A stretch of 64,000 bases of DNA. Origin: a virus. Each line of letters opens with the position of its first letter. The stretch's first letter is position 1. The stretch is from IMG/VR virus record IMGVR_UViG_3300048575_000503; one strand, written 5' to 3'. The notes under the pieces were generated by a model that was not told the origin of the DNA, searched no databases, and saw only the letters and a list, made by a program, of their open reading frames with translations. A program made the position numbers and the translations under genes. Positions 9,489 through 19,467 of this stretch are shown here, piece after piece.

Positions 9489-10937
9489 TCAGGCGGCGAG
9501 CGTCAGCGGACCGTTCTCGATCGCGCCGGTGACGCTGTCGAGCAGCAGCGAGTAGTAGAGGATGTTGCGCCGGGTCGTGATCCGGATCTGTTCCATGAGG
9601 CCGACCGGCTCGAACTCGACCTCGAGGAAGATGTTGCCGCCGGCCATCTGCGTCGGCGTGTTCTGCGAGCCGAGCCAGACGCGGCCGCCGAGGATGTCCT
9701 TGTTGAGGGTGAAGTCGCGCATCAGCGCGTTGCCATCCTCGATCATCAGCTTGAGGTTCGCGGCGGTGAACTTCTTGTCGACCCAGCTGAAGTAGATGTC
9801 CTCGAGGCCCTCGTTGACCATGTCGGCCGTGGCACGGACGCTGTCGAAGGCCCAGAGGGCGTTGTCGGTGGCGAGGCGCGAGCCCCAGGTGCGGAAGCCG
9901 CCACGCTCGTTGATCACCGTGGCGACGGAGTTCTCGTTGAGGTAGTTGGCGTCGCCGGGGTAGATGATCGTGCGGGATACCCCGTCGATGGTGCGGATCA
10001 GCTTGTTGGAGACCGCCCCGGAGACGCCCTCGTCGCTGGCGACGACACGCGACCGGATGCCGGCGAACACCGGCGCCATCGCCTTGACGACGGGCACACC
10101 GCCGAGGTTCTTGATGGCCTTCGGATCGATCACCAGAATGCGGCCACCGTTGATCGTGTTGCGGAAGCGCACTGCCTCGGCATTGGTCGTGTTCGGACCG
10201 TGGATGTAGGCGCGCGCCCGGATGACCGGGCAGACGGCGTTGAGCGCCGAGATGAACGGCCCCGCGACATCACCGACGTTGGCGATGGCTTCGGCGCCGC
10301 CGCCGGTGGTGTCGCCAGCCGCCCGCTCGATCGTGATCTTGGGCGCGAGGCCGTAGTCGCTGCCGGCCTTGATGACGGTGATGCTCGCGAGCGCGCCGTT
10401 GTCGAGAATAGCCTCGGCCTCAGCGCCGGTGCCGGCATCACCCTGCGCCGGCGTGATGACGACTTTCGGAACGGCGCTGTAGCGCTCACCGCCCTTGGTG
10501 AGCGAGACGGACACGACCCCGTCGTCGATCCACGTGCCGGTGTCGCCGGCAGTGACGATAACGCGGGGCGCGAGACCGGTCAGCGCCTTGGCCCGCAACG
10601 CGGAATAAATGCCGGTGCGCGAGACCGGGTCGCCGATCAGGTTGGCGATTGTCGCCTCCGGGCTGGCGCCCACGTCGACGCGGTTGACGACGACCGTACC
10701 TCCGCCCTCGCCGAAGTGCGTGGTGAGCGCCTCGAGGAGGTCGCCCGAGGCGCCGAGAGCGGCCGCGCCGGCGAGCGAGGTGACGACGGTGGGCGTGTTG
10801 AGGGGGAACTGCGCGGCGTCCGCGTCCGGCGCGAGGCCGTTATAGAACGTGATGCCCCAGTCGGCGACCCGCTGGAGCACGGCGCTCTCCGAGCTTTCGG
10901 AAAGCGTCACGCCGTGGAAATAGGACTGACCTGCCAT
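9489..10937 (-). CDS. Tail sheath protein (P2 FI-like)
   Basis: YFHGV start, YLNENSVATVINERGGFRTWGSRL, VRATADMV; start re-assigned to MAGQSY. Confidence 0.93.
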   Translation of the reverse strand: MAGQSYFHGVTLSESSESAVLQRVADWGITFYNGLAPDADAAQFPLNTPTVVTSLAGAAALGASGDLLEALTTHFGEGGGTVVVNRVDVGASPEATIANLIGDPVSRTGIYSALRAKALTGLAPRVIVTAGDTGTWIDDGVVSVSLTKGGERYSAVPKVVITPAQGDAGTGAEAEAILDNGALASITVIKAGSDYGLAPKITIERAAGDTTGGGAEAIANVGDVAGPFISALNAVCPVIRARAYIHGPNTTNAEAVRFRNTINGGRILVIDPKAIKNLGGVPVVKAMAPVFAGIRSRVVASDEGVSGAVSNKLIRTIDGVSRTIIYPGDANYLNENSVATVINERGGFRTWGSRLATDNALWAFDSVRATADMVNEGLEDIYFSWVDKKFTAANLKLMIEDGNALMRDFTLNKDILGGRVWLGSQNTPTQMAGGNIFLEVEFEPVGLMEQIRITTRRNILYYSLLLDSVTGAIENGPLTLAA

Positions 10938-10961
10938 GCCATAGTCTCCTGATGGGGCATG

Positions 10962-10986
10962 AAAAAACCCGCCGGGAAGGGCGGGT
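10962..10986 (-). terminator. Rho-independent terminator between fibre and sheath genes
   Basis: Minus strand CCCGCC-loop-GGCGGG followed by TTTTTT. Confidence 0.75.
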
Positions 10987-11042
10987 GGCTTAGGCGGCGG
11001 CGAGAACTGCATCCTTGAGATCGCGCCGGCGAACGGGATGGG

Positions 11043-11447
11043 TCATGCGGTGATGGTCACCGCCGATCGGAACAAGTCGTCAACCTGACTGTCATTCAGG
11101 CCGAGAGTCTGTGTCAGAGCGGCGATCGTGGGAGAGGCACGGCGAAACTCGGTCGCCGTAGCCCAAGCGAGGGCCACAAGGCCGCCGGCAGACTGCGCGG
11201 CCGCTGCCGCCCGGTCGTATAGATCGGCCTGCATGAGCGCCGCTTTGGCCTGATAGGTCGAGACGATGTCTGGCACGGGATCGGGAGCGACGTAGGGAAG
11301 TACCAACACACCGGATGTAGCGAGCCCCGCCCAGTCTTCCGGCGTGTCGATTGCCGAAATGGCGACGGCGCCGGCTTCCATGGTCTGGACGACGGCCGAG
11401 GTATGATCGGCGTTGGCGTAGGTAGCCGCGATGATCGTGTAGGACAT
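11043..11447 (-). CDS. Tail fibre assembly-like protein
   Basis: TGATG overlap with fibre stop; W..ATEFRRASP...LGL...QVDDLF motif. Confidence 0.7.
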   Translation of the reverse strand: MSYTIIAATYANADHTSAVVQTMEAGAVAISAIDTPEDWAGLATSGVLVLPYVAPDPVPDIVSTYQAKAALMQADLYDRAAAAAQSAGGLVALAWATATEFRRASPTIAALTQTLGLNDSQVDDLFRSAVTITA

Positions 11448-13801
11448 CAGGCGACCTCCTCGACGACCAGTGTCGACCGCATGACGCCACCAAAAGTGTT
11501 GGTCACATCGACCGTGTTGATGACGAGACCACTTGCTTGTGCCGGACCGGCACGAACGGAGATCGTCTGCTCGGACGTCGATCCGGGGGAGTACTCGTAT
11601 TCCATCATCAGACAGAAATTTCCTGTTGATACGTTGTATGCGGCAGTTGCATCGACCGCGTTCGTGTCTCCGTTGCAGAATAGCGCTGCGATGCCGCGAC
11701 CCGCTCCCGATACTGCCGCCGAGCACTGGAAGCGTGCGCGCAACTTACTGGTCGACAGTTTCGGCGTGATGGTGACAGAGAGGATCTGCGTCCCCTCAGT
11801 GATCTGGGGGGCAGTGCTGTCCATGGGAATCGCTGCCTTCAGGGACGTTGTCGCCGTGTAGGACGCCGACTTCGACTGAACGAACCCGGACTGGGCAGCG
11901 ATGGCCGCCGCCACGCCCGCAGGATCGGCAACCACGCCGGTCGCGACGCCGGCCCGCATCTGAGCGACGGTCGCGTAGCCAAGACCGAGGCCAGCACGAG
12001 CGGCGGCATCGTCGGCGTCGATCAGGCGGGCAAGGCCGAACGTCGTCGGCGTCTGCCCCCGGAGCAGGTCGGCGTCGAGGCCGCTGCCGTTGCCGTCGAT
12101 GGTCTTGAGCTTGGCGAGGACGTCGGACGCCGTGTAGCTGCCGGCTGAGAGCCGGGCGTCGAGCGCCGCCTGAAGACCCGAAATATCGGCGATCGCATGC
12201 GTGTGGTAAGCTGCGGCGAACGCCGATGCGGCCTGCACGGCGGCGGAGCCAAGGCCGAGATACGACCTGGCCGTCGGCGCGTCGGCCGCGTTGATGAGCC
12301 CGCCGCGCGCCCAGGCGGACGTCGCCGAGATCTCAAGCTTGGTCCCGATCTGGGCCGAGACCGTTGCCGAGAAGTTCGCGTCTCCACCAAGCGCGTCGGA
12401 GAGTTCTTTCAGCGTGTCGAAGGAGCTGCCGACGCCATTGAGCAGCGACGACTTGAGCGAAGCGAGGCCGGCGGCGAGACCGGCCGGCGTCACGGCAAGA
12501 TCAACGGCGAGACCGGCCGTTGCCTCCGTCGGCGTAGCCAGCCGGCTCTTGCCGGCGACGGTCGTTGTGGCCGCCGGGACCAGAGCGCCGATGGCGTCCT
12601 TGACGCGTACAGGCGTCATCGCAGTCGTGTCATCAGCTCCGGCGATCGCCTGCGCCTGGCTCGACTTGGTGACGGTGAAGGCGCGGTCGGCGGAGAGATC
12701 GCCGCCACCCCAGACGAGGCCGCCGCCGGAGAGGGTCACCGTCGAGGCGGCCCGCTGGGCGACCGCCGCCGCACGGGCCGACGCCTCGGCTGCGATCAGG
12801 TCCGCGAGGGTCCGGATTGCGTCCTCGACCATCGCGCCGGCGACGGCCGCCTGCTGTTCGGCCGAGCGGGCGATCTGGTCGCCCCGGTAGTCGCCGGCCC
12901 GGGCGGAGACAGACCCGCTCCGGCCGAAGACCGTGGTCACTTCCGAGCCGACGGGAACGGCATTGACTGTCCAGTCGAGACCGGACCAGGTGCGCCAGAA
13001 CTTGTCGGAGAGGTTGAAGTACTGGTCGCCGATTTCGAGCGGCGCGCCGCCCGGGCGCGTCGCCGGTGCGACAGTCGACGCCGGCAGAACCGCCGCCTCC
13101 CACTGGGCGATGGCGCCGAGGACATCGGACCGCAGCGCCTGCACCTGCGCCTTGGCCGTCTGCACCTGACCGTTGGCCTCGACGGCCTGGTCGGCCTTGG
13201 TGCCGGCGAGATCGGCCGCGCCGGAAGCGAGCAGCGTCAGGCTCTCGGCCTGCGTCTTGTAGCCGAGCGCCGCGGCGGCCGCCCTGGCGGCGCGGTCGGC
13301 ATCCGCCAGCGTATCGGTTGTGTTGCCGACCGAGATGGTCCAGTCGGCGCCGTAACCAGCCCCTTCGATCTGGTCGACGTTGACGACAAGTTCACCGGTC
13401 GCGGCCGAGTAGCTGACGAGCGCGCCGGATAGCGCCAGCGCCGGGTTCCCGGTCGCCATGATGGAGAGGTAAGCCGGCGCGGCGAACCGCAGCCGGTCAG
13501 CCTCGTCGACGACGAAGGTCTTGCCCCCGGTCGTCACCTCGATCTCGCTCGAGGAGTGAGCCCGGAGGAGGGCGCCGAGCTCGGCGATGTCTTCGACCTC
13601 GGCGATCAGGGGCACGAGGATCTCGTCGACGCGGGTCCGGAAGACGGCGCGCCCCTCGTCGATCACTTCGTCGAGCGTTTCCTTCTGGTCCTCGACGGCG
13701 ACGAGACGGGTGTCGACATCCCGGAAACGGCTGTTCAACGTCTCGGGATCGCCGATGTCGTCCAGCCGTTTCAGGCGGTATCTTTCGAAGCGGGATGCCA
13801 T
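11447..13801 (-). CDS. Tail fibre protein
   Basis: Fibre repeats GGGDLSADR, AGKSRLAT, FDTLKELSDALGGDANF, GNGSGLDADLL; beta-rich C-terminal domain. Confidence 0.88.
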   Translation of the reverse strand: MASRFERYRLKRLDDIGDPETLNSRFRDVDTRLVAVEDQKETLDEVIDEGRAVFRTRVDEILVPLIAEVEDIAELGALLRAHSSSEIEVTTGGKTFVVDEADRLRFAAPAYLSIMATGNPALALSGALVSYSAATGELVVNVDQIEGAGYGADWTISVGNTTDTLADADRAARAAAAALGYKTQAESLTLLASGAADLAGTKADQAVEANGQVQTAKAQVQALRSDVLGAIAQWEAAVLPASTVAPATRPGGAPLEIGDQYFNLSDKFWRTWSGLDWTVNAVPVGSEVTTVFGRSGSVSARAGDYRGDQIARSAEQQAAVAGAMVEDAIRTLADLIAAEASARAAAVAQRAASTVTLSGGGLVWGGGDLSADRAFTVTKSSQAQAIAGADDTTAMTPVRVKDAIGALVPAATTTVAGKSRLATPTEATAGLAVDLAVTPAGLAAGLASLKSSLLNGVGSSFDTLKELSDALGGDANFSATVSAQIGTKLEISATSAWARGGLINAADAPTARSYLGLGSAAVQAASAFAAAYHTHAIADISGLQAALDARLSAGSYTASDVLAKLKTIDGNGSGLDADLLRGQTPTTFGLARLIDADDAAARAGLGLGYATVAQMRAGVATGVVADPAGVAAAIAAQSGFVQSKSASYTATTSLKAAIPMDSTAPQITEGTQILSVTITPKLSTSKLRARFQCSAAVSGAGRGIAALFCNGDTNAVDATAAYNVSTGNFCLMMEYEYSPGSTSEQTISVRAGPAQASGLVINTVDVTNTFGGVMRSTLVVEEVA

Positions 13802-13812
13802 ACCCTGTCTCC

Positions 13813-14001
13813 TCAGTCCTCGATGACGACGGTCGCCGACGCGATCTTGTCGGCCGGCAGCGTGGCGAGCAGGTCACCCGAGAGCTGATAGGCATGCATC
13901 GGCCGGAGCTTCATGCCGCCGACGTCGACGACGCCGGCCATCCGGACGTCGTAGCGCTTCTCGGGGTCGTAGTTGGACGGAACGGTGGTGGTCTTGGCCA
14001 T
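13813..14001 (-). CDS. Small tail-region protein
   Basis: 62 aa, fills the operon gap with phage-like codon usage. Confidence 0.65.
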   Translation of the reverse strand: MAKTTTVPSNYDPEKRYDVRMAGVVDVGGMKLRPMHAYQLSGDLLATLPADKIASATVVIED

Positions 14002-14011
14002 CTTGGTCTCC

Positions 14012-16255
14012 TCAGAGTTCGACGTCGGTGCACTCCTCGACGAGGAAGACGTCGAGCGGGGTGGTCGTGGTGCCGTTCGACTGGATCGCGAACGACGTCG
14101 TCGGCGAGGCGAGCGAGAACAGGCTGGTCCGCTCGATGTGACGGTCGCCGAGGTCGACGTCCTCGACGACCGAGGGCATGAAGGTCACACCGGCGATGAC
14201 GAGCTTGCACTGGAAGGTGTGGTGAGCCGGGTTCCAGTTGGCGAGCTTCTGCTTGATGCGGATCGTGCTTGACGGCGCCGGCAGCAGACGCGGCTTGGAG
14301 ATGTGCTTGAAGACGGTTCTCGGCCGGCTGACCTTGACCTGGCTGTCGTTGAGCTTGAGCCCGGCGTGGATGTCGCCGGTGCCCTGGAACACCGCCTGGA
14401 ACGGCAGGAGCGGCGGCAGACCGACCAGAGCATTCTTGGTGACCTCGCTGAGCGGCACCCAGGCGCCGCCGACCTGCACCTGGAACGTCAGGCTGGTCGC
14501 ATCGGGCACGACCATGCCGGCGAGGATGTCGATATCGGTGATGCCGCCGGAAAGGCTGAGCGGCTGGAGGTCGACGGCGATGCGCGCCGCCGAGAACTGC
14601 GCGAACCTGAGGCCGAACATCATGTCGCGGCTGAGGTCGCCGGCGAAGTAGGCACCATCCGTCGAGTAGAAGAAGGTGCCGCCGACGTAGGCGCCAGCGC
14701 CGCTCGCCATGCCGACGTAGTGGTTGCCGTTGGTGGTCAGAACGACCGCATAGCGCTTGCCGGCGCCGAGGAACGTCGGCGTGATCGGCACCGTCGTCCA
14801 GGCCAGCGTGTTGATCGAGAGGTAGGGGATCGTCGTCTGGAAGATGGTGCGGGCAAGGTTGGGCGTGGCGCTGTCGGTCAGCTCGCAGATGGCGAGGTGG
14901 ACGTTGCCGGAGGTCCCGCGCTTGGTGAAGTAGAGGTCGACGGCGGTGAGCCAGCCAGCCTGGGTGTTGAGGAAACTCTGGGCGATCTGGGCGCCGGCGA
15001 TGGTGATCGTCTCGTCGACCATGTCCCAGTAGGTCTCGTCCCAGGTGTCGCTGAAGAACTGGGTGACGCGGATGTACTTGTGATTGACAAGCGCCTTCGC
15101 GAGATCCGCGGCATCGACCACCCAGGTCTCGCCGTTCTTGGTGAACACGCCGGTGGCGGCGTTGTAGGTGCCGGACTTCCACCAGCTCGAATTCGTGCAG
15201 ACGCTCTTGGACTGCCCGTAGCGGATGCGCGACCGCGACATCGACTTCTGGACCATCGTGTGGCTGGTCTGGGAGTACTGGGCGATGGAGGTCTCGCCGG
15301 AGTAGGCGTCGACGATGGTCCGGATGACCGAGCTATAGGCGGGCATCAGGATGCCGCCCGACTGGCTGACCTGACTGTTGATCGGGTTGAAGATCTGGAT
15401 CGCCGCCGAGTTGGCGGCCTCGTCGCTGAACCGGATGCCCTCCTCGACGAGGGCGAGGAACTCGGGATCGGTGGTCGCGCTCTCCGAGGTATCGAGGTAG
15501 CGATCGGCGCCGTAGTCGGCGTAATCGTCGGGGAGGCCGGCCGCGTCCTTGAGCAGGGCGACGTCGGCGGCAATGCGTAACATGGCGCCGATGTCGGTGG
15601 TCGCGCGGACGGCGTTGGCGAGCGAGGCGACATCCGAGCCGATCGTCGAGATCTTCGGCTCTGCGAGCGCCTTCCAGTTCTCGATGGCGCCGATCCGCGT
15701 CGCCAGCGCCCGGAGCGAGGCCAGCGAGCCGGCGGACGACATCGTGATCTCTTCGATACCGGTGGTGCCGAGCGTGATGGAGGCGATCAGCAGGCGCGAG
15801 AGCGGGATGACGGGAAGCTGGGGATCGGCGCTCTCGACGCCCTTGATGAAGGCGATCGAACAGCGGCGGGCGTTCGACATCGTGACGAGGCGCGCCTCGG
15901 CCTCGTGCGTCTCGGTGTTGATCTCGAAGTCGCGATAGGCCGTGTCGGTCTCGCCTTCGGTGCCCCAGGCGACGACGGCGATCTTCACCTTGTTGGCGAC
16001 CGGCTGGTAGTCGGTCAGCGACTGGGTGAGCACGCTCGTCTGCGGGTACATGACGCCGGCGGCGTAGTACATGCCGGCGCCGATCTGCACCTCCCAGGTG
16101 CCCGAGGCGACGACGGCGAGGGCGCTGTAGGCCTGCCCGGACTCGACCGCGTAGCGGACGAGATCGTCGAACGTGCCGCGGACGTTGTTCTGGACCTGCA
16201 TCAGGTCGCCGGCAGGCACCTCCTGATAGTCGCGGATGATGACCTGAGATTCCAT
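14012..16255 (-). CDS. Large baseplate/tail-associated structural protein
   Basis: 747 aa beta-rich ORF between gpI and fibre. Confidence 0.65.
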   Translation of the reverse strand: MESQVIIRDYQEVPAGDLMQVQNNVRGTFDDLVRYAVESGQAYSALAVVASGTWEVQIGAGMYYAAGVMYPQTSVLTQSLTDYQPVANKVKIAVVAWGTEGETDTAYRDFEINTETHEAEARLVTMSNARRCSIAFIKGVESADPQLPVIPLSRLLIASITLGTTGIEEITMSSAGSLASLRALATRIGAIENWKALAEPKISTIGSDVASLANAVRATTDIGAMLRIAADVALLKDAAGLPDDYADYGADRYLDTSESATTDPEFLALVEEGIRFSDEAANSAAIQIFNPINSQVSQSGGILMPAYSSVIRTIVDAYSGETSIAQYSQTSHTMVQKSMSRSRIRYGQSKSVCTNSSWWKSGTYNAATGVFTKNGETWVVDAADLAKALVNHKYIRVTQFFSDTWDETYWDMVDETITIAGAQIAQSFLNTQAGWLTAVDLYFTKRGTSGNVHLAICELTDSATPNLARTIFQTTIPYLSINTLAWTTVPITPTFLGAGKRYAVVLTTNGNHYVGMASGAGAYVGGTFFYSTDGAYFAGDLSRDMMFGLRFAQFSAARIAVDLQPLSLSGGITDIDILAGMVVPDATSLTFQVQVGGAWVPLSEVTKNALVGLPPLLPFQAVFQGTGDIHAGLKLNDSQVKVSRPRTVFKHISKPRLLPAPSSTIRIKQKLANWNPAHHTFQCKLVIAGVTFMPSVVEDVDLGDRHIERTSLFSLASPTTSFAIQSNGTTTTPLDVFLVEECTDVEL

Positions 16256-16277
16256 TTGTTCAGTCCTTTCTAGGCGG

Positions 16278-17051
16278 TCAGGATCGGGTCCACGCGCCGA
16301 GGCGAAGGGTGGTGCCGAGGATCAGGGGTGTGCCCATCGTCAGAGGACGATGGACGTTGGTGTCGACGTAGATCGTGTCGGTGAGGCGCTTGGCGGCGAC
16401 GATCGCGTCGAACGTCGGCTCGATGCGTTCACGAGCCCGGGACGGGATCGCGAAGAAGCCGACGAAGCGCACGCCGGCGTAGATCCCGGTCGGGTTGGTC
16501 TTGCCGGGGATCGAGACCTTGAGCGAGGCGACCTTGGCCGGTCCGCCCATTCGGGTGACCGAGGCGAACGACAGAGACTTGCGCGGTTTCGGAGCGGCGG
16601 AGCCGTCGATGATCCGGATGCACTTGTAGATTTTGGCGGCAGCGCCGGACGGCTGGGCGAATCTCTTGTGCAGGCATGCTCCCGCCCGGAAGCCGTTTTC
16701 CGCGACCGTCCTCGTCGAGATGGTCTCGATCCTGGTGGCCTGAAGGCGTCCGCCCGGATAGACCGGGCTGAGATCGGCGTCCGGCTCGATCGAGATGGCG
16801 TAGATGTGGGCGAGCGCGGTCGACGGCCGCGCGAACGCTCCGACGATGCGGCCGGCAAACAGCCCGCCCTTGCCCGGCATTCTGGTCGAGATGGCCAGCT
16901 TGTCGGTGCCGTTCCAGACGGCGGTACCGAGAGGTGTCTCGACGCCGTCCTTCCGGAGCACGGCGCGCTCGCCGGCCCGGGCCGCCGCGGTCGACGGATA
17001 GGCGAAGCGCCTGGTCAGGAAGCGGGGCGAGGCGCCGCCGGCGACGATCAT
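16278..17051 (-). CDS. Probable C-terminal part of baseplate gpI-like protein (out of frame with its N-terminus)
   Basis: Frame stays open upstream of the Met (LVRIYTQAVRSPARPMIV), overlapping the gpI fragment end. Confidence 0.6.
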   Translation of the reverse strand: MIVAGGASPRFLTRRFAYPSTAAARAGERAVLRKDGVETPLGTAVWNGTDKLAISTRMPGKGGLFAGRIVGAFARPSTALAHIYAISIEPDADLSPVYPGGRLQATRIETISTRTVAENGFRAGACLHKRFAQPSGAAAKIYKCIRIIDGSAAPKPRKSLSFASVTRMGGPAKVASLKVSIPGKTNPTGIYAGVRFVGFFAIPSRARERIEPTFDAIVAAKRLTDTIYVDTNVHRPLTMGTPLILGTTLRLGAWTRS

Positions 17052-17458
17052 CGGCCGCGCCGGCGAGCGGACGGCCTGGGTGTAGATCCGGACCAGGCTC
17101 GATACTCGGAGGGTGGCGTCAGGGCGCCGGCGAAGAAGCGCGAGGGCGGGCGATAGACGTCGACGATCTCGGCACCGCGGTATCCGGCATATTCGCGGAT
17201 CGCGGCGAGGGTGCCCTTGATCCGCTGGACGGGGATTGCCCGCCGGATGACATGGCGCTTCTTCTCGACGTCCCAGGTCTCGTCCCAGACGTCCACCGAG
17301 AGGGCGTTGGCGAGGTGAGCGAGCAGCTCGGGCGGGCAGGTGTCGGGGTTCCAGACGGACCGGATGAGGTCGGCCGGCAGCGGCCGGCGGGCGGCGCTCG
17401 TCAGCGACTGGGCGATCTCGTAGGGCGTGGCGTTGGCCGGCAGTAGGGCGTCAGCCAT
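17048..17458 (-). CDS. P2 gpI-like baseplate protein, N-terminal part (possibly frameshifted)
   Basis: LLPANAT..E, WNPDTCPPELLAHLANALSVDVWD, KGTLAAI; last ~15 residues look out of frame. Confidence 0.8.
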   Translation of the reverse strand: MADALLPANATPYEIAQSLTSAARRPLPADLIRSVWNPDTCPPELLAHLANALSVDVWDETWDVEKKRHVIRRAIPVQRIKGTLAAIREYAGYRGAEIVDVYRPPSRFFAGALTPPSEYRAWSGSTPRPSARRRGR

Positions 17459-18320
17459 TGACCACCTCCGTCGTGACGACGATCGACGTGCAGCGCGGCG
17501 CTTGGTCGCTGGTCACGGTGAGGCCTGCCGTCGGCGTGACCGAGACGCGCCGGACGTTGGCGCCCCAGGCGGCGCCGAGGATCTCGCTGGCGTCGATCGA
17601 GCGGCCGACGCGGTAGCAGTCGGCGGCGAGCGTCTGAAGGGCGGCGCGGGCCGACGCGGCGATCAGCGACGGATCGGGACCGGCCGGCACCACCAGGTGC
17701 GCGGATATCGCGTAGTCGACGATCTCGGCGACACGCACCACGACGACGTCGGTGAGCGGGCGAATCTCGTCGGACTGGAGGCGCATGTTGACCGCCACCC
17801 TGAGGGCGTCGACGGTGGCGGCGGATAGGCCGTCACGGGGCAGGATGACCACCTTGGCGACGCCGACCGACGGGCTGGTCACACCGACGTCGACGATCTC
17901 GGCCGAGACGGAGCGGGCATGGTAGGCGTAGGCGCCGGCCGAGCCGGCCGACGCATAAGCCTCGGGCGCCAGCGCGATCCGGTAGCGATAGGCACTGTCC
18001 TGTTCGCCGGCGAGCCGTTGCACAGCGAACCGAGAGCCGATCACATCGAGGTCGGGACCCTCGGCGTAAGGCAGCATGACCGCCCGGGCCGCCTCGTTGA
18101 TCCGCTGGAGGTCCAGCATCTCGCGGTAGGCGTCGACCTCCTGCAGCATGGTGCCGGGATCGCTTTCGAGCGTTGTAGCGTCGTAGTCTACGCCGGCGGC
18201 GGTCAACCGCTTGGCGAGGTCGGCCACCCGGGCCGCGCGGATCGCCTCGAAGTCGATGGTCTTGATGACGGTCGGCGCCGCGAGGCGCGACAAGTCGATC
18301 GCTGCGGGGACGAAGCGCAT
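17451..18320 (-). CDS. Baseplate J-like protein
   Basis: IDLSRLAAP, LESDP, AEGPDLD, AGSAGAYAYHA, IRPLTD; RBS GAGGA before MRFVP. Confidence 0.92.
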   Translation of the reverse strand: MRFVPAAIDLSRLAAPTVIKTIDFEAIRAARVADLAKRLTAAGVDYDATTLESDPGTMLQEVDAYREMLDLQRINEAARAVMLPYAEGPDLDVIGSRFAVQRLAGEQDSAYRYRIALAPEAYASAGSAGAYAYHARSVSAEIVDVGVTSPSVGVAKVVILPRDGLSAATVDALRVAVNMRLQSDEIRPLTDVVVVRVAEIVDYAISAHLVVPAGPDPSLIAASARAALQTLAADCYRVGRSIDASEILGAAWGANVRRVSVTPTAGLTVTSDQAPRCTSIVVTTEVVNG

Positions 18321-18346
18321 CGGCAGTTCCTCGATGTCGGCGATGG

Positions 18347-18721
18347 TCAGGGGCTGAGCGCCGTCCTGATGCTGGCGTCCTCGACGACCGTGTAGTCGCC
18401 GAGATGGCCGCGTGGGAAATAGAGACCGAAGAGCATGAGGTCGATCTCGCCGGATACTTCGGTTGAGACCACCTTGGCGCCATAGACGCGGAACCTCGGC
18501 TCCCATGTCTCGATCGCTTCCGCAGCAGCTGAGAACATCGAGAGCGCGGTCCTCGGCGTCATCTTTGCGTCGATGAAGTCGAACAGGCGCGACCCGAAGT
18601 CCCGCCTCATGACCCTGGTTCCGAGCGGGGTCGTGAGGATGCGGCGCACCGACTGCTCGACGTGCCCCCAGTCCGTGAGTGTCCGCCCGCCGTCTGCGGA
18701 AAGACCGGTGGAGTCAGTCAT
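18347..18721 (-). CDS. Baseplate wedge gpW/gp25-like protein
   Basis: HVEQSVRRILTTPLGTRVMRRDFGS, WEPR. Confidence 0.93.
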   Translation of the reverse strand: MTDSTGLSADGGRTLTDWGHVEQSVRRILTTPLGTRVMRRDFGSRLFDFIDAKMTPRTALSMFSAAAEAIETWEPRFRVYGAKVVSTEVSGEIDLMLFGLYFPRGHLGDYTVVEDASIRTALSP

Positions 18722-18899
18722 TGCCGGTGGCGGAGTTCGCTTCCGCCAGCCCGGCGGAGATGTCGTCGACCGGCAGGAGCACCCGACCGTAAGGCGGGCT
18801 CAAGTGTTTGGCGTCCTCGGTGTTGATGTCGATCTCGGAGCCGCCGGCGCGCCAGATGCCCGCGATCTCTGCGGAAACTCTCACACGATATCTCGCCAT
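18714..18899 (-). CDS. Small baseplate-region protein
   Basis: MARYRVRV...; 61 aa filling the gap between gpV and gpW. Confidence 0.55.
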   Translation of the reverse strand: MARYRVRVSAEIAGIWRAGGSEIDINTEDAKHLSPPYGRVLLPVDDISAGLAEANSATGND

Positions 18900-18915
18900 G
18901 ACTGGCCTCTTCGTT

Positions 18916-19467
18916 TTACGCGGGCGGACCCGACAGGTCGAACCCTGCCGTGATCTCGGTGTGCTGGTGGGTACTGTCGACCGGATGGCCGTTGTTCGTG
19001 ATGCTGCCGGTGGTTTCGATGTCGCCGACGATCTCCACGTCAGCATCGATCCTGAGCTTCGTCGCGGTGACTGATATGAGGTCGTTGCCGATCATGACGC
19101 GGCTGGACCCCATCGTGATCACCGCCTCCGGCCCGTCGTGCGGACGCGGGTTTGCATCCGAGGGCACCGAGATGTCGATCATCGCGTCAGTCAGGTCGCC
19201 ACTCTCCGACCGGACCACCACCAGCTGGCCGACCGAGGGCGAGATGTGCGTCTTGATCTCGCCGGCAGCCGCTTCGCCCCAAGGGATCCAGCCGGTCTTG
19301 AACGGCTGTCCATCCTTCTCGGCGAGCTGAACGCGGGCGCGGCCGTTCTTGTGGTCGACTTCGGTCACCACGCCTTTGCGGGATCGGTTCCTGTCCCGGC
19401 GTTCGATCTCGGCAACCCGGTAAGCTAGCTCGACGAACTGGGCGACGATGTCGCTCTCGCGGCTCAT
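18916..19467 (-). CDS. Baseplate spike gpV-like protein
   Basis: OB-fold GVVTEVD...TGWIPW...PSVGQLVVV; C-terminal HxH iron-binding motif (HQH). Confidence 0.9.
   Translation of the reverse strand: MSRESDIVAQFVELAYRVAEIERRDRNRSRKGVVTEVDHKNGRARVQLAEKDGQPFKTGWIPWGEAAAGEIKTHISPSVGQLVVVRSESGDLTDAMIDISVPSDANPRPHDGPEAVITMGSSRVMIGNDLISVTATKLRIDADVEIVGDIETTGSITNNGHPVDSTHQHTEITAGFDLSGPPA

Noticed and set aside
11447-13801. Diversity-generating retroelement or invertible fibre cassette
   Set aside because: No reverse transcriptase, invertase or template/variable repeat pair seen
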